From Mobula hypostoma (taxonomy: Eukaryota), in NCBI RefSeq assembly GCF_963921235.1, contig NC_086108.1, positions 80,664,001 through 80,728,000 on the forward strand: DNA of 64,000 bases, written 5' to 3'. Positions 13,293 to 25,788 of this stretch are shown here, in pieces. Position 1 is the first letter of the stretch; every line of letters begins with the position of its first letter. The translations under genes and the position numbers were made by a program. The notes under the pieces were generated by a model. The model did not search any database, was not told where the DNA came from, and worked only from the letters and a program-made list of their open reading frames with translations.

Positions 13293-13329
<37 letters not shown>

Positions 13330-13350
13330 ACAAATAATGCTAATTTTTAA
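13030..13350 (+). mobile_element. tRNA-derived V-SINE-type element with (TA)n expansion
   Basis: B-box-like gttcaatttcc, core tgtttcctctaggtgttccggtttcctcccacattcc, (TA)n at about 13293-13318. Confidence 0.65.
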
Positions 13351-14072
13351 TCTATAATTAATCCATGTAAAAATTCCACCATAATCAGTTGAAACTTCTA
13401 TCTCTGGGGGAAAAAAATCACTGTTTCTGTAACTATGATGTTAAGGTTGTGGAATTCTTACCCAACGCTACCGGCAACGCAATTTCAAAGGCTCTTGGCC
13501 TTTCTAGAAAAGAAGAACCAACACCCACCCAAGGAAACTAGGCCAAGCAACAAATAATGAATTTAGTAAAATAATGAATTAAAATTGCTCCCATATGTAA
13601 GAACAAAAGAATGGGTAGAGGACTATCAAACATTTTTCTCCATTAGCTAAAATAGTTCGTTAAATCTTATTAATTCTCAAATGAGGGTTTATTTTCATAT
13701 CAACACCAACTGTGATCTCAACATTCAGGTTACCTATTTTTGTGTAGAAGTCATATCTAAACTTGCATTTAACCCTCAAATTCTACAAGCTGCTTCTAAC
13801 CATTCCTGCTGACCACATTAAAAGTCATGTAAGGGTATTATGTTTGTAAGTCCAAGTCAGAAAGAAATAACACAACTTCTTTCTTTTAATAGTACTTTCA
13901 GAGCTCAAAAGTACAACAGTCATCTAAAAAATCAGTGTCCCAAATCTTTATGAATAAAGGAAGCTAAAGTAGTCAATCATTCTTAAATTTTTATTTTCAA
14001 TTTATAGCTGAAATTTTGAACTCACAACTAATTTGGACTCTATCCCTTCAATTCTTTTCACCTTCAAATACA

Positions 14073-14672
14073 TTAGATTAGATTAGATTCAACTTTATTG
14101 TCATTACGCCGAGTACAGATACAAACTCAAAGAAATGCAGTTAGCATCTAACCGGAAATGCAAAGAATAGGGTTATTTACAAAATAACTGCGAATAAAAA
14201 GTAAGTGCTACAGCACACAAATATAAAAGTACTGAGACAGTACAATGTGGGTGCAATACAGCTTAGCGCTGTGATGTGAGGTTCAGCAGGGTCACAGCCT
14301 CAGGGAAGAAGCTCTTCCTGTGCCTGCTGGTGCGGGAGCGGAGGCTCCTGTAGTGCCTACCGGATGGGAGGAGAGTAAAACGTCTATGGTTAGGGTGAGA
14401 TGCATCCTTGATAATGCTTTTCGCTCTGCCCAGGCAGCATTTATGGTAGATGTTCTCAATAGTGGGCAATTGGGTGCTGATAATCCACTGGGCAGTTTTC
14501 ACCACACGCTGGAGTGCTTTGCGGCCCGATACGGGACAATTGCCATACCACACTGAGATGCTGTTGGTGAGTATGCTCTCAATGGTACAGCGGTAAAAGT
14601 CCATCAGTATCCTGGGACAGAGGTGAGCTTTCTTGATGCTCCGCAGGAAATAAAGGCACTGTTGCGCCTTTT
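14073..14672 (-). mobile_element. 5'-truncated Rex1/Babar-type LINE, same family as 4558-5101
   Basis: ORF 14263-14688 (KKAQQCLYFLR..FYRCTIESILT..SFFPEAVTLLN), (AATCT)n tail. Confidence 0.9.
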
Positions 14673-14859
14673 TAGTAGCAAATCTCAATAAGTAAACTTG
14701 AACAATTAAATATACCTACTATTCAAAAAGAAAAATAATTCCAGGACAAATATGATGTAATCTGATTGATTACTAATTGGAATTCAATTATACTTTGACC
14801 AAACAACTGATGTTCACACATTGACGCATAAATTTCTATATTTCCAGAGTAAACATTTT

Positions 14860-15174
14860 TTATTTGTTTGTTTATTTGTTTATTTACTTATTGGGTTACA
14901 GCATGGAACAGGCCCTTCCAGCCACTCCACCCAGCAATTCCCCAGGTTTAATCCAAGCCTAATTACAGGACAATTTACAATGACCTACTAATCTACCAAC
15001 CGGTATGTCTTTGGACTGTGGGAGGAAACTGGAGCACCTGGAGGAAACCCACGCAAACATGGGGAGAACGTATAATCTCCTTACAGGCAGTAGTGGAAAA
15101 TGAATCGGGGGTGGAAAATGAACCCGGGTCACTGGTACTGTAAAGCATTGTGCTAACCACTACGCTACTGTGCC
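14860..15174 (-). mobile_element. HE1/V-SINE-type SINE, near full length
   Basis: tRNA-like head ggcacagtagcgtagtggttagc...gggttcattttcc on the minus strand, V-core, (TAAA)n tail. Confidence 0.85.
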
Positions 15175-15729
15175 AATCTTTGATGTTTAGTTATAAATGC
15201 TTTTGCAGTTAAGTTCACTGCCAAATAAATAAGGTGCTGTAGAAAGCTGAATACTGATTTCCATGTTGTGATATTTTTACATAGCTAATACTTTATAGGT
15301 TTTTCCATATCGCCTTTAAAAGCATTGCCATTAGCTTATCAATCACTTCAATTACACATGATGCTAAGAGAAAGAATTAATTAAATCCTACTTCCTCAGT
15401 TCATCCAATTATAATCCTCAACATCTATGTTGTAGTGGTGTCTTCATTTCTCACTGCTAACTCTGCAAAACCTGTTGTCCTGTAAGCAAAACTCTATCTT
15501 CCCACAGTTCTCACTTCTTGGTGGGACTGTCTGCCAGATTGGTTCATTGGTCTTCAGTGCTTAAAGAAATGCAACAGGGTGCTGCCAGGTCTTTGCACCC
15601 TGACGAAAAGACAATCTGTATTGAACTGTATTTACCACTGGGGAGAAAAAGGACTACATTACCCACAAACAAGAGAAAATCTGTAGATTCTGGAAATCGG
15701 AGCAACACATACTCATTGCTGGAGGAACT

Positions 15730-16654
15730 TGCCAATGACACAAAGCTGGGTGGCAGTGTGAAATGTGAGGAGGATGTTATGAGAATGCAGGGTGACTTGG
15801 ACAGGCTGGGTGAGTGGGCAGTTGCATGGCAGATGCAGTTTAATGTGGATAAATGTGAGGTTATCCACTTTGGTAGTAAGAACAGGAAGGCAGATTATTA
15901 TCTAAATGGAGTCAAGTTAGGAAGAAGGGAAGTACAACGAGATCTAGGTGTTGTTGTACATCAGTCACTGAAAGCAAGCATGCAAGTACAGCAGGCTGTG
16001 AAGAAAGCTAATGGCATGCTGGCCTTCATAACAAGGGGAATTGAGTACAAGAGCAAAGAGGTCCTTCTGCAGCTGTACAGGGCCCTGGTGAGACCACACC
16101 TGGAGTACTGTGTGCAGTTTTGGTCTCCAAATTTGAGGAAGGACATTCTTGCTATTGAGGGAGTGCAGCGTAGGTTCACAAGGTTAATTCCCGGGATGGT
16201 GGGACTGTCATATGTCTAAAGATGGAGCGACTGGGCTTGTTTACTCTGGAATTTAGAAGGCTGAGGGGGATCTTATTGAAACATATAAGATTATTAAGGG
16301 ATTGGACATGCTGGAGGCAGGGAGCATGTTCCCGCTGATGGGTGAGTCCAGAACCAGAGGCTACAGTTTAAGAATAAGGGGTAGGCCACTTAGAATGGAG
16401 TTGAGGAAAAACTTTTTCACCCAGAGAGTGGCGGATATATGGAATTCTCTGCCCCAGAAGGCTGTGGAGGCCAAGTCTCTGGATGCTTTCAAGAAAGAGA
16501 TGGATAGAGCTCTTAAAGATAGCGGAATCAAAGGTTATGGGGATAAGGCAAGAACTGGATACTGATTGTGGATGATCAGCCATGATCACAGTGAATGGCG
16601 GTGTTGGCTCTAAGGGCCGAATGGCCTACTCCTGCACCTATTGTCTATTGTCTA
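15730..16654 (+). mobile_element. CR1 LINE 3' fragment, same subfamily as 6778-10118
   Basis: ANDTKLGG..RPHLEYCVQFWSP..KGYGDKARTGY; (CTATTGT)n tail. Confidence 0.95.
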
Positions 16655-17446
16655 CCCACATACACCTCGATCAAGCAAAGAGAAACTTTTTGGACAAGTT
16701 ATATACAAGTGTCTGTGTTTATTACCAACAACTCCTGCCTCAATTCGACATCACAGCTGCAAGACAAAAGAGTAAAAATTGTCAGGTGAGTGTTTTTGTG
16801 TCGAGACTGAATGCACTTTTATAGTATATCAAATTGTCTGTGCACAAACAAAATGAATTATTGTTTCAAGAAAAAAATGAACATGTTATAAACATGGTAG
16901 GCTGGTCGATTAGAACTGACAACATTGCATGCTGCTGGTAACATTTAAATGCAGAAGTACTTAAAGGGCAGGTGCACATTTGTTGAGCAAATAGCAGCAA
17001 TGTTTCTACATAATGATAGCTGATATCCTGATTCTGCACTGGAGGTTATAGTGAAGAAGCTGCACACAAGGAGGGAGATATTCTGTCTAGAAGGGATAAG
17101 ATGAATAGGTTAGAAGGCATTGAAAGGAGTGTGCAAGGTGAGTGAGATTTCAGCGCTAACTGCCTTCCCTTGGATTGCTGCTGGAGACGGAATAGGAGAG
17201 TGGTCTATCCCTGTGTGGCTCGCTGTGGCAAGGCGGGTAGGCTCTCTGCCTTGTGTGGTGTCCCTCTCTTTTGATAAATGTCAGTGGTATCTCAGAATGG
17301 TATTGTGGTTCTGCGTTTATGCATTGGACTATTGTGTTTATGCTTTGTGGACATTCTCAGACTAATGGTTTTTATATTCTGCATTTTTTATCACCTGTCC
17401 TTTTCTGTTTTGTTGTGCAAGGGGAGGGTGTTTGAAGGTTGATGTT

Positions 17447-20035
17447 AACCATATAACCATTACAGCATGGAAACAGGTCATCTCAGCCGTTCTAGTCCGT
17501 GCCGAACTCTTACTCTCACCTAGTCCCACCGACCTGCACTCAGCCCATAAACCTCCATTCCTTTCCTGTCCATATAGTTGTCCAATTTAACTTTAAACGA
17601 CAACATCGAACCTGCCTCAACCACTTCTGCTGGAAGCTCGTTCCACATAGCTACCACTCTCTGAGTAAAGAAGTTCCCCCACATGTTACCCCTAAACTTT
17701 TGCCCTTTAACTCTCAACTCATGTCCTCTTGTTTGAATCTCCCCCACTCTCAATGGAAAAAGCCTATCCACATCAACTCTATCGATTCCCCTCATAATTT
17801 TAAATACCTCTATCAAGTTCCCCCTCAACCTTTTACGTGCCAGAGAATAAAGACCCAACTTGTTCAACCTTTCTCTGTAACTCAGGTGATGAAACCCAGG
17901 TAACATTCTAGTAAATCTTCTCTGTACTCTCTCTATTTTGTTGACATCTTTCCTATAATTCTGTGACCAAAACTGTACACAATATTCCAAATCTGGCCTC
18001 ACCAATGCCTTGTACAATTTCAATATTACATCCCAACTCCTACACTCAATTGTCTGATTTATAAAGGCCAGCATACCAAAAGCTTTCTTCACCACCCTAT
18101 CCACATGAGATTTCACCTTCAGGGAACTATGCACCATTATTCCTAGATCCCTCTGTTCTACTGCATTCTTCAATGCCCTACCATTTACCATGTATGCCCT
18201 ATTTTGATTAGTCCTACCAAAATGTAGCACCTCACATTTATCAGCATTAAACTCCATCTGCTATCTTTCAGCCCACTCTTCTAACTGACCTAAATCTCTC
18301 TGCAAGCTTTGAAAACCTACTTCATTATCCACAACTCCACCTATCTTAGTATCATCTGCATACTTACTCATCCAATTTACCACCCCATCATCCAGATCAT
18401 TAATGACAAACAACATTGGACCCAGTACAGATCCCTGAGGCACACCATTAGTCACTGGCCTCCAATCTGGCAAACAGTTACCCACCACCACTCTCTGGCG
18501 TCTCCATCCAGCCACTGCTGAATCCATTTTACTATTTTAATATTAATACCTAACGATTGAACCTTCCTAACCAACCTTCCATGTGGGACCTTGTCAAAGG
18601 CCTTACTGAAGTCCATATAGATAACATCCACCGCTTTACCCTCGTCAGCTTTCCGAGTAACCTCTTCAAAAAATTCAATAAGATTTGTCAAACATGACCT
18701 TCCATGCACAAATGCATGTTGACTGTTCCTAATCAGTCCCTGTCTATTCAGATAATTATATATACAATCTCTAAGAATATTTTCCATTAATTTACCCACC
18801 ACTGACGTCAAACTCACAGGCCGATAATTGCTAGGTTTACTCTTAGAACCCTTTTTAAATAATGGAACAACATGAACAATATGCCAATTCTTTGGTACCA
18901 TCCCCGTTTCTAATGACATTTGAAATATTTCTGTCAGAGCCCCTGCTATTTCCACACTAACTTCCTCAAGGTCCTAGGGAATATCCTGTCAGGACCCAGA
19001 GACTTTATATTCCTTAAATGCTCTAGTACTTCCTCTTCTTTAATTATCATAGTTTCCATAACTTCCCTACCTGTTTCCCCTATCTTACACAATTCAATAT
19101 CCTTCTCCTTAGTGAATACTGAAGAAAAGAAATTGTTCAGAATCTCCCCCATCTCTTTTGGCTCCTCACATAGCTGTCCACTCTGATTCTCTAAGGGACC
19201 AATTTTATCCCTCACTATCCTTTTGCTATTAATATAACGGTAGAAACCCTTGGGATTTATTTTCATTTTACTTGCCAAAGCAACCTCATATCTTCTTTTA
19301 GCTTTTCTAATTTCTTTCTTAAGATTCTTTTTACATTCTTTATATTCCACGAGCACCTCATTTACTCCATGCTGCTTACATTTATTGCAGATATCTCCCT
19401 TTTTCCGAACCAAGTTTCCAATATCCCTTTAAAACCATGGCTCTCTCAAACTTTTAACCTTTCCTTTCAACCTAACAGGAACACCAAGATTTTGTACTCT
19501 CAAAATTTCACCTTTAAATGACCTCCATTTCTCAGTTACAGCCTTTCCATAAAACAAATTGTCCCAATCCACTCCTCTTAAGTCCTTTCGCATCTCCTCA
19601 AAGTTACCCTTTCTCCAATCAAAAATCTCCACCCTGGGTCCAGCCCTATCCTTCTCCATAATTATATTGAAACTAATAGCATTGTGATCACTGGACCTGA
19701 AGTGCTCCCCAAAACAAACCTCCATCACCTGACCTATCTCATTCCCTAACAGGAGATCCAACACTGCCCCTTTTCTCATTGGAACCTCTATGTATTGCTG
19801 CAAAAAACTATCCTGCACACATTTTACAAACTTCAAACCATCCAGCCCTTTTACAGTATGGGCTTCCCAGTCTACATGTGGAAAATTAAAATCTCCCACA
19901 ATCACAACTTTGTGCTTACTACAAATATCTGCTATCTCCTTACAAATTTGCTCCTCCAATTCTCGCTCCCCATTTGGTGGTCTATAATACACCCCCATAA
20001 GTGTTACTACACCTTTCCCATTCCTCAATTCCACC
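17447..20035 (-). mobile_element. CR1 LINE, 5'-truncated ORF2
   Basis: ORFs 19429-20124 (YYRPPN, GDFNFP, SDH), 18452-18955, 18261-18527 (YADD), 17520-18257; (ATATGGTT)n tail. Confidence 0.95.
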
Positions 20036-20640
20036 TGGAGGCTATCCAGACCTGTCCACCAGAGAAAGCAGGATCTCCCAGTGGGCACACATTTTAATTC
20101 CACGTCCCATTCCCATTCTGACATGTCTATCCACGGCCTTCTCTACTGTAAAGATGAAGCCACACTCAAGTTGTAGGAATGACACCTTATATTCTGTCTG
20201 GATAGCCTCCAACGTGATGGCATGAACACTGACTTCTCAAACTTCTGCTAATGCCCCACCTCCCCCTCGTACCCCATCCGTTATTTATTTATATACACAC
20301 ATTCTTTTTCTCTCTCTCCTTTTTCTCCCTCTGTCCCTCTCGCTATACCCCTTGCCCATCCTCTGGGTATTTTTCCCCCCTCCCCCTTTTCTTTCTCCCT
20401 AGGCCTCCTGTCCCAAGATCCTCTCATATCCCTTTTGCCAATCACCTGTCCAGCTCTTGGCTCCATCCTTCCCCCTCCTGTCTTCTCCTATCATTTTGGA
20501 TCTCCCCCTCCCCCTCCCACTTTCAAATCTCTTACTAGCTCTTCTTTCAGTTAGTCCTGACGAAGGGTCTCGGCCCGAAACGTCGGCTGTACCTCTTCCT
20601 AGAACTGCTGCCTGGCCTGCTGCGTTCACCAGCAAATTTT
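20036..20640 (+). mobile_element. Penelope-like element 3' part (GIY-YIG C-terminus + pLTR)
   Basis: DLPVGTHFN..HSHSDMSIHGL..EATLKL*E*HLIFCLDSLQRDGMN, pyrimidine-rich UTR, hammerhead motif at 20553-20588. Confidence 0.85.
20553..20588 (+). ncRNA. Minimal type I hammerhead ribozyme motif (Penelope pLTR)
   Basis: agtc-CTGACGA-a-ggg-tctcgg-ccc-GAAAC-GTC-ggct: core boxes, stem II, palindromic ACGT stem III, stem I agtc/ggct. Confidence 0.75.
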
Positions 20641-21009
20641 TTGGGTGTTATTTTAAAAGATCCTTCATTTGGATAAAGATGCAACTATACCATGAACACT
20701 TTGCACTACAATGGACTTTCTATTTTGTTCTTGCTCTAATTATGTTCTTCCTTACATAATTCATTTTTAATTTATATTTTTCCTCTGAATGTTGAGTCTC
20801 TAGCGCTATGTGCCTGTGACGCTACTAAAAGCAAGTTTTTCAAAGCACCTGTGAATACGTGTGTTTGTGCCCTTGACAATAAACTCAACGTTGTTGACTT
20901 TTGCTGACTCTTAGATATTCCTACAGCCCAAGGTGCCTTTCTACTTTGTTTAACCACACACAATGGAGAGGAGATTATGGGCAACAGAGAATCAGTTGGA
21001 ACCAGGAAT

Positions 21010-21422
21010 TCCCTATAGTTACCTCTGCACCAAAGGACGAGAAGATTTGAGGATGACAGGTAACTATCACTGAGAGAGATCCAAAAGATGATAGAAAACA
21101 TAGATAGAATGGACAGCTAGCATCTTCTTCCCAGGGCGGAAATGGCTAATACAAGAAGACATAATTATAATGGTGATTGGAGTAAAGTATAGTGGGATGT
21201 CAGAGGTAGTTTATTTTTTAACCTAGAGAGTGGAACACACTGCCAGAGATGTTAGTAGAAGCAGATACACCAGGGACATTTAAGAGATCATGAGATGGGC
21301 TCATGGATCAAAGAAAAATGAAGAGTTATATGGGAAAGAAGGGGTAGGCTGATTTTGGAGAACGATTAAAGGTCAGCACAACATTGTGGCCAAAGAGCCT
21401 GTACTCTGCCATATTGTTCAAT
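21010..21422 (+). mobile_element. Degenerate CR1 3' fragment
   Basis: CR1 ORF2 C-terminal and 3' UTR signatures (gcacaacattgtggccaaagagcctgtactctg). Confidence 0.7.
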
Positions 21423-22565
21423 GTCCTGAAGCACTAGGACAAGAGCCAAGGTATACTCCAACAAAGCCAAGAGCTGTGACTATGACAAGAGGGGCAATAG
21501 TTAAGGATGGCATATGCATAGGGCAATATCTTGCCTCTTCCAAGTTGTCACTGTTGAAATTTGCACCTCATTGGAAGGAAATAGGAATGTGGTGAATGGG
21601 CATAAAAGAAGCAGGAAATGTAGGTCTTCGTATGTCCTGAAAAGCTGCTCCAATCACGACGGTGCACTGCCCCCCACTGCCTCTGCTCCTCCTGCAGCTC
21701 TCTACCTTCATCACCATAGAGCTCTGCTTCAGCAAAACAGTTTTACACGAGACGGGTGTCCTAGAAACTCCTCTAACACTGATACATTACAGTATGACAC
21801 ATTAGGGCAGGGAGCAAGCAATCAGAATTCATGAATATACCGAGGAGCTAAAAGATAGAGTGAGCATGAGAAAAAGTGTGGAAGAGATGAAGTATGACTG
21901 CCATTGAATCTGGATAGATATAACAAGATTTTAAACCAACTTTCCTTTGTCACTGCCAAAGCATGCTGCCTGAGAAACCGATGGTGCTTGCGGAAACCAA
22001 CCATCTGCTCTGTTACTTATTCCCTTTCTCCTGCCAGGCGTTGTGGTGCCGTTCTTTCACACAAAATAAAACATTAGTTCCAGTCTCTTTTTCCTTTTCG
22101 ATTCCAATATCGGAATCTTCAATCAGTCCTTTAAAACAAGAGACAAACATGACAGAAGCCATCGCCTTACCTTACACCTGCATTCAGCACTCAGTGATTG
22201 GCACCACCCATAATCCAAGAGGGTGTTCCGTGTCAAAATGCAGTAGTGGCTACATGTAGGAACTTGGGCAGCTGAGTAAAATGAAACGGGAGACGTAGAC
22301 AGAGAGAAGGCCTGCATTCTACCCAGATGAAGACATCCAGGACTGCCTATTGCCACATGTGTGCCTTGTGTTAGAGGGTTGTTGCCCTCTTGGCTAATTG
22401 CTTCAGAATTCCTTTGGATTCCTAAATCCTCCCCCTTGTTAATTAAAATAATCTTCTCACAATAATTGCATGGAAAGTCAAGTGCAGTATATTCAACAGT
22501 GTGGTCTGAATAGACCAAACGTATTGCTTTGCTGCTGAACATTTCATCAAGTATAACTGTAGTGA

Positions 22566-23308
22566 CATAGAAACATAGAAACATATAAAATAGGTGCAGG
22601 AGTAGGCCATTCGGCCCTTTGAGTACGATCATGTCTGATCATCCAACTCAGAACCCTGTACCTGCCTTCTCTCCATACCCCTGATCCCTTTAGCCACAAG
22701 GGCTATATCTAACTCCCTCTTAAATATAGCCAATGAACTGGCCTCAACTGTTTCCTGTGGCAGAGAATTCCACAGATTCACCACTCTCTGTGTGAAGAAG
22801 TTTTTCCTCATCTCGGTCCTAAAAGGCTTCCCCTCTATCCTCAAACTGTGACCCCTCGTTCTGGACTTCCCCAACATTGGGAACAATCTTCCTGCATCTA
22901 CCCTGTCCAATCCCTTTAGAATTTTACACGTTTCAATCAGATCCCCCCTCAATCTTCTAAATTCCAATGAGTATAAGCCTAGTCAATCCAGTCTTTCATC
23001 ATATGAAAGTCCTGCCATCCTAGGAATCAATCTGGTGAACCTTCTTTGTACCCCCTCTATGGCAAGAATGTCTTTCCTCGGATTAGGGGATCAAAACTGC
23101 ACACAATACTCCAGGTGTGGTCTCACCAAGGAGGTAGCACCTCCCTGCTCCTGTACTCGAATCCTCTTGCTATGAATGCCAGCATACCATTTGCCTTTTT
23201 CACCGTCTGCTGTACCTGCATGCCCACTCTCAATGACTGGTGTACAATGACACCCAGGTCTCGTTGCACCTCCCCTTTTCCTAATCAGCCACCATTCAGA
23301 TAATAACC
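22566..23308 (-). mobile_element. CR1 LINE 3' fragment
   Basis: ORF 22629-22967 (EFRRLRGDLIE..RGHSLRI..FFTQRVV); CATAGAAA repeat tail. Confidence 0.92.
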
Positions 23309-23322
23309 TTGATACACTATAA

Positions 23323-23389
23323 CAGAGCTGTGCAAAAGTCTTAGGTACATAGATAGAGCGAGGCTGCCTAAGACTTTTACACTGTACTG
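23323..23389. mobile_element. 67-bp Tc1-derived hairpin MITE
   Basis: cagagctgtgcaaaagtcttagg...cctaagacttttacactgtactg followed by TA; TIR matches the Tc1 at 4161-6415. Confidence 0.8.
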
Positions 23390-23494
23390 TATATTGGTTT
23401 AAATAGGAAGGTGGTTGGGAAACAGAAATCAGAGTACTCAGCTCTGTATTAGCTCAGCAGTATTTAGTGTTATTTGGTAACTGAAAAGACAATA

Positions 23495-25717
23495 CACGTG
23501 CTAGAAAGTTTGTGAACCCTATAATGTTCTCTTTTTCGGCATAAATATGACATAAAATGTGATCAGATCATTACATGTCCTAAAACTAGATAAAGAGAAC
23601 CCAATTAAATAAATAACACAAAAACATTATACTCGTTCATTTCTTTATTGAGAAAAATGATCCAATATTACACATATTTGTTGGAAAAAAGTATGTGAAC
23701 CTCTAGGATTATCAGTTCATTTAAAGGGGAAATTAGAGTCAGGTATTTCAATCAATAGGATGACAATCAGCTGTGAGTGTGGGAGGCCTTGCCTAATTTA
23801 AAGAAGATAAACCTGGGTCTTCACTATCAAAGTCTGATCTTCAATGCACAGGTTTCCCCTGCACAGGAAGTGTGCCGTGCCTTGATCAAAGGAGATTTCT
23901 GAGGACCTCAGAAAAAAAAAGTCGATGCTCAGCAGGCTGGAAAAGGATGCAAAACCATTCCTAAAGAGTTTGGGCTCCACCAGTCCATAATCAGGCAGAT
24001 GGTGTACAAATGGAGGAAATTCAACTCTGTTGTTACTCTCCTCAGGAGTAGTTGACCGACAAAAATCACTCTGAGAGCAAGGTGTGTAATATTCCACGAG
24101 GTCACAAAGAACCCCAGGGTAACATCCAAGGAGCTAAAGGCCTCTCTTGCATCACTTTTCATGAGTCTACCATCAGGCAAGCACTGAACAATGTGCATGG
24201 CAGGATTGCAAGGAGAAGGCCACTTCTCTCCAACAAGAACATTGCTGCCCATCTAGAGTTTGCTAAAGACTACATGGATAAGCAAGAAGGCTATTGGAAG
24301 AATGTTCTGTGGACATATGAATCCAGAATAGAACTTTTTGGCTTAAAAGAGAAGCGTTTTGTTTGGCGAAAAGCAAACACTGCATTACAGTGTAAGAACC
24401 TCATCCCATCTGTGAAACCTGGTGGTGGCAGCGTCATGGTTTGGGCCTGCTTTGCTGCCTTGGGACCAGGACAGCATGCCATCATTGATTGAACTAGGAA
24501 CTCTAAATTGTACCAGCAACTTCTACAGGACAAAGTCACGGTATCCATCATGAACTGAAACTCAAGAGGAAGTGGGTCATGCAGCAAGACGACAGCCCTA
24601 AACACTCGTCATTCTACCAAAGAATGGTTAAAGCAGAAGAAGTTTCACGTTTTTGAATGGCCAGGTCAAAATCCTGACTTTAATCTTATAGAAATGTTGT
24701 GGAAGGACCTGAAGCAAGCAGTTCATGCAAGGAAGCCCACCAACATCCTAGAGTTGACACAGCTTTGTAAGAATGGCCTAAAATTCCTCCCAGCCAATGT
24801 GCAAGACTGACCAACATTTATCAGAAACATTTGGTTGAAGTTATTGCTGTACAAGGGGGTCACACCAGTTACTGAAAGCAAAGGTTCACATACTACTTCC
24901 AACAAATACATGTGTAGGGTTCTCAGTAATATTAACTGTAATGTTAACTGTTAACTGCTAATTATAAAATGGCTTCTCTGAAGTGTAATAATGAAATGGC
25001 TTCTTTGTAATATTAACTATGAGGTAACATTCTCTGTAGCTGAAATGTTTGGGTTATAGTTATAGATAACGGAGGAACTAACCAATGGAAGCTATGTTAT
25101 TCTATCTGTATGTGCTGGAACCTGGGACAGTGCGCGGGCTTTTCGGGAGGAGAAGCGAAGAGGAAGGACATGCTGGACGCACTCTGGTCGACCACCGTGG
25201 TTGATCCCAGGCGGCAGGTCAAGGAGGTCAGAGGAGATCGAATGGTGGAAAGAAGACCCCGTCAATTGAGCTCCAACGGTTGTGCACAAAGTGGTTGAAC
25301 TCTGATAAGTTTGGTGCCTTTTACTTTCCTTTTATATTGTATCTATTAATTACATAGTTCCAGTAAGATTTATAAAGTGTAATCTGTAAGTCGTACATTG
25401 TGTGCTATCTGATATTTGATGTGTGAGTTTGTACCAGGGTGCATTACACAGCAAATATGCAAACGTGAGACATGGTTTGGCGGGTGGACGGGGATTCCCC
25501 TAGATAAACATGAGCCGATAGCCCTGAGCATTACACATGTATTATTGGATTATTTTTCTCAATAAATAAATGAACAAGTACAATCTTTTTGTGTTATTTA
25601 TTGTGTTCTCTTTACCTAATTTTAGGACTTAGGTGAAGATCTGATCACATTCTAGGTCAGGTCATATTTATGCAGAAAGAGAAAATTCTAAATGTTTCAA
25701 ACTTTCTAGCGCCTCTG
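23495..25717 (+). mobile_element. Tc1-family (DD34E, long IR/DR-type TIR) transposon, full length but inactivated
   Basis: About 200-bp inverted termini starting gtgctagaaagtttgtgaacc. Transposase at about 23877-24875: SKEISEDLR..HGRIARRRP..VLWTYE..QQDDSPKH..DFNLIEMLW, with stops and frameshifts. Confidence 0.92.
24913..25535. mobile_element. Solo LTR inserted in the right TIR of Tc1
   Basis: TGTA...TACA termini; CATG duplicated at 24909-24912 and 25536-25539; removal restores the TIR; non-coding. Confidence 0.8.
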
Positions 25718-25721
25718 TTTA

Positions 25722-25788
25722 CAGTACTGTGCAAAAGTCCTAGGCACCTATATGTAGCTAGGGTGCCTAAGACTTTTGCACAGCCCTG
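25722..25788. mobile_element. 67-bp Tc1-derived hairpin MITE
   Basis: TA|cagtactgtgcaaaagtcctaggcacc...ggtgcctaagacttttgcacagccctg|TA. Confidence 0.88.

Noticed and set aside
13462..13503. Minus-strand segment with good acceptor and donor (ttttctAG..GTaaga), reading KGQEPLKLRC
   Set aside because: The frame resembling BTBD19 hits a stop and the context looks like an old LINE 3' remnant; probably a pseudo-exon.
15100..15174. tRNA-like A/B boxes
   Set aside because: Head of a SINE, not a tRNA gene.
15425..15490. RTTGFAELA, superficially like BTBD19 RTRGFLELS
   Set aside because: No similarity on either side and a stop follows shortly; chance match.
15518..16219. 233-aa ORF as a domesticated RT gene
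   Set aside because: Chance read-through from flank and Penelope sequence into a truncated CR1 that ends at a premature stop.
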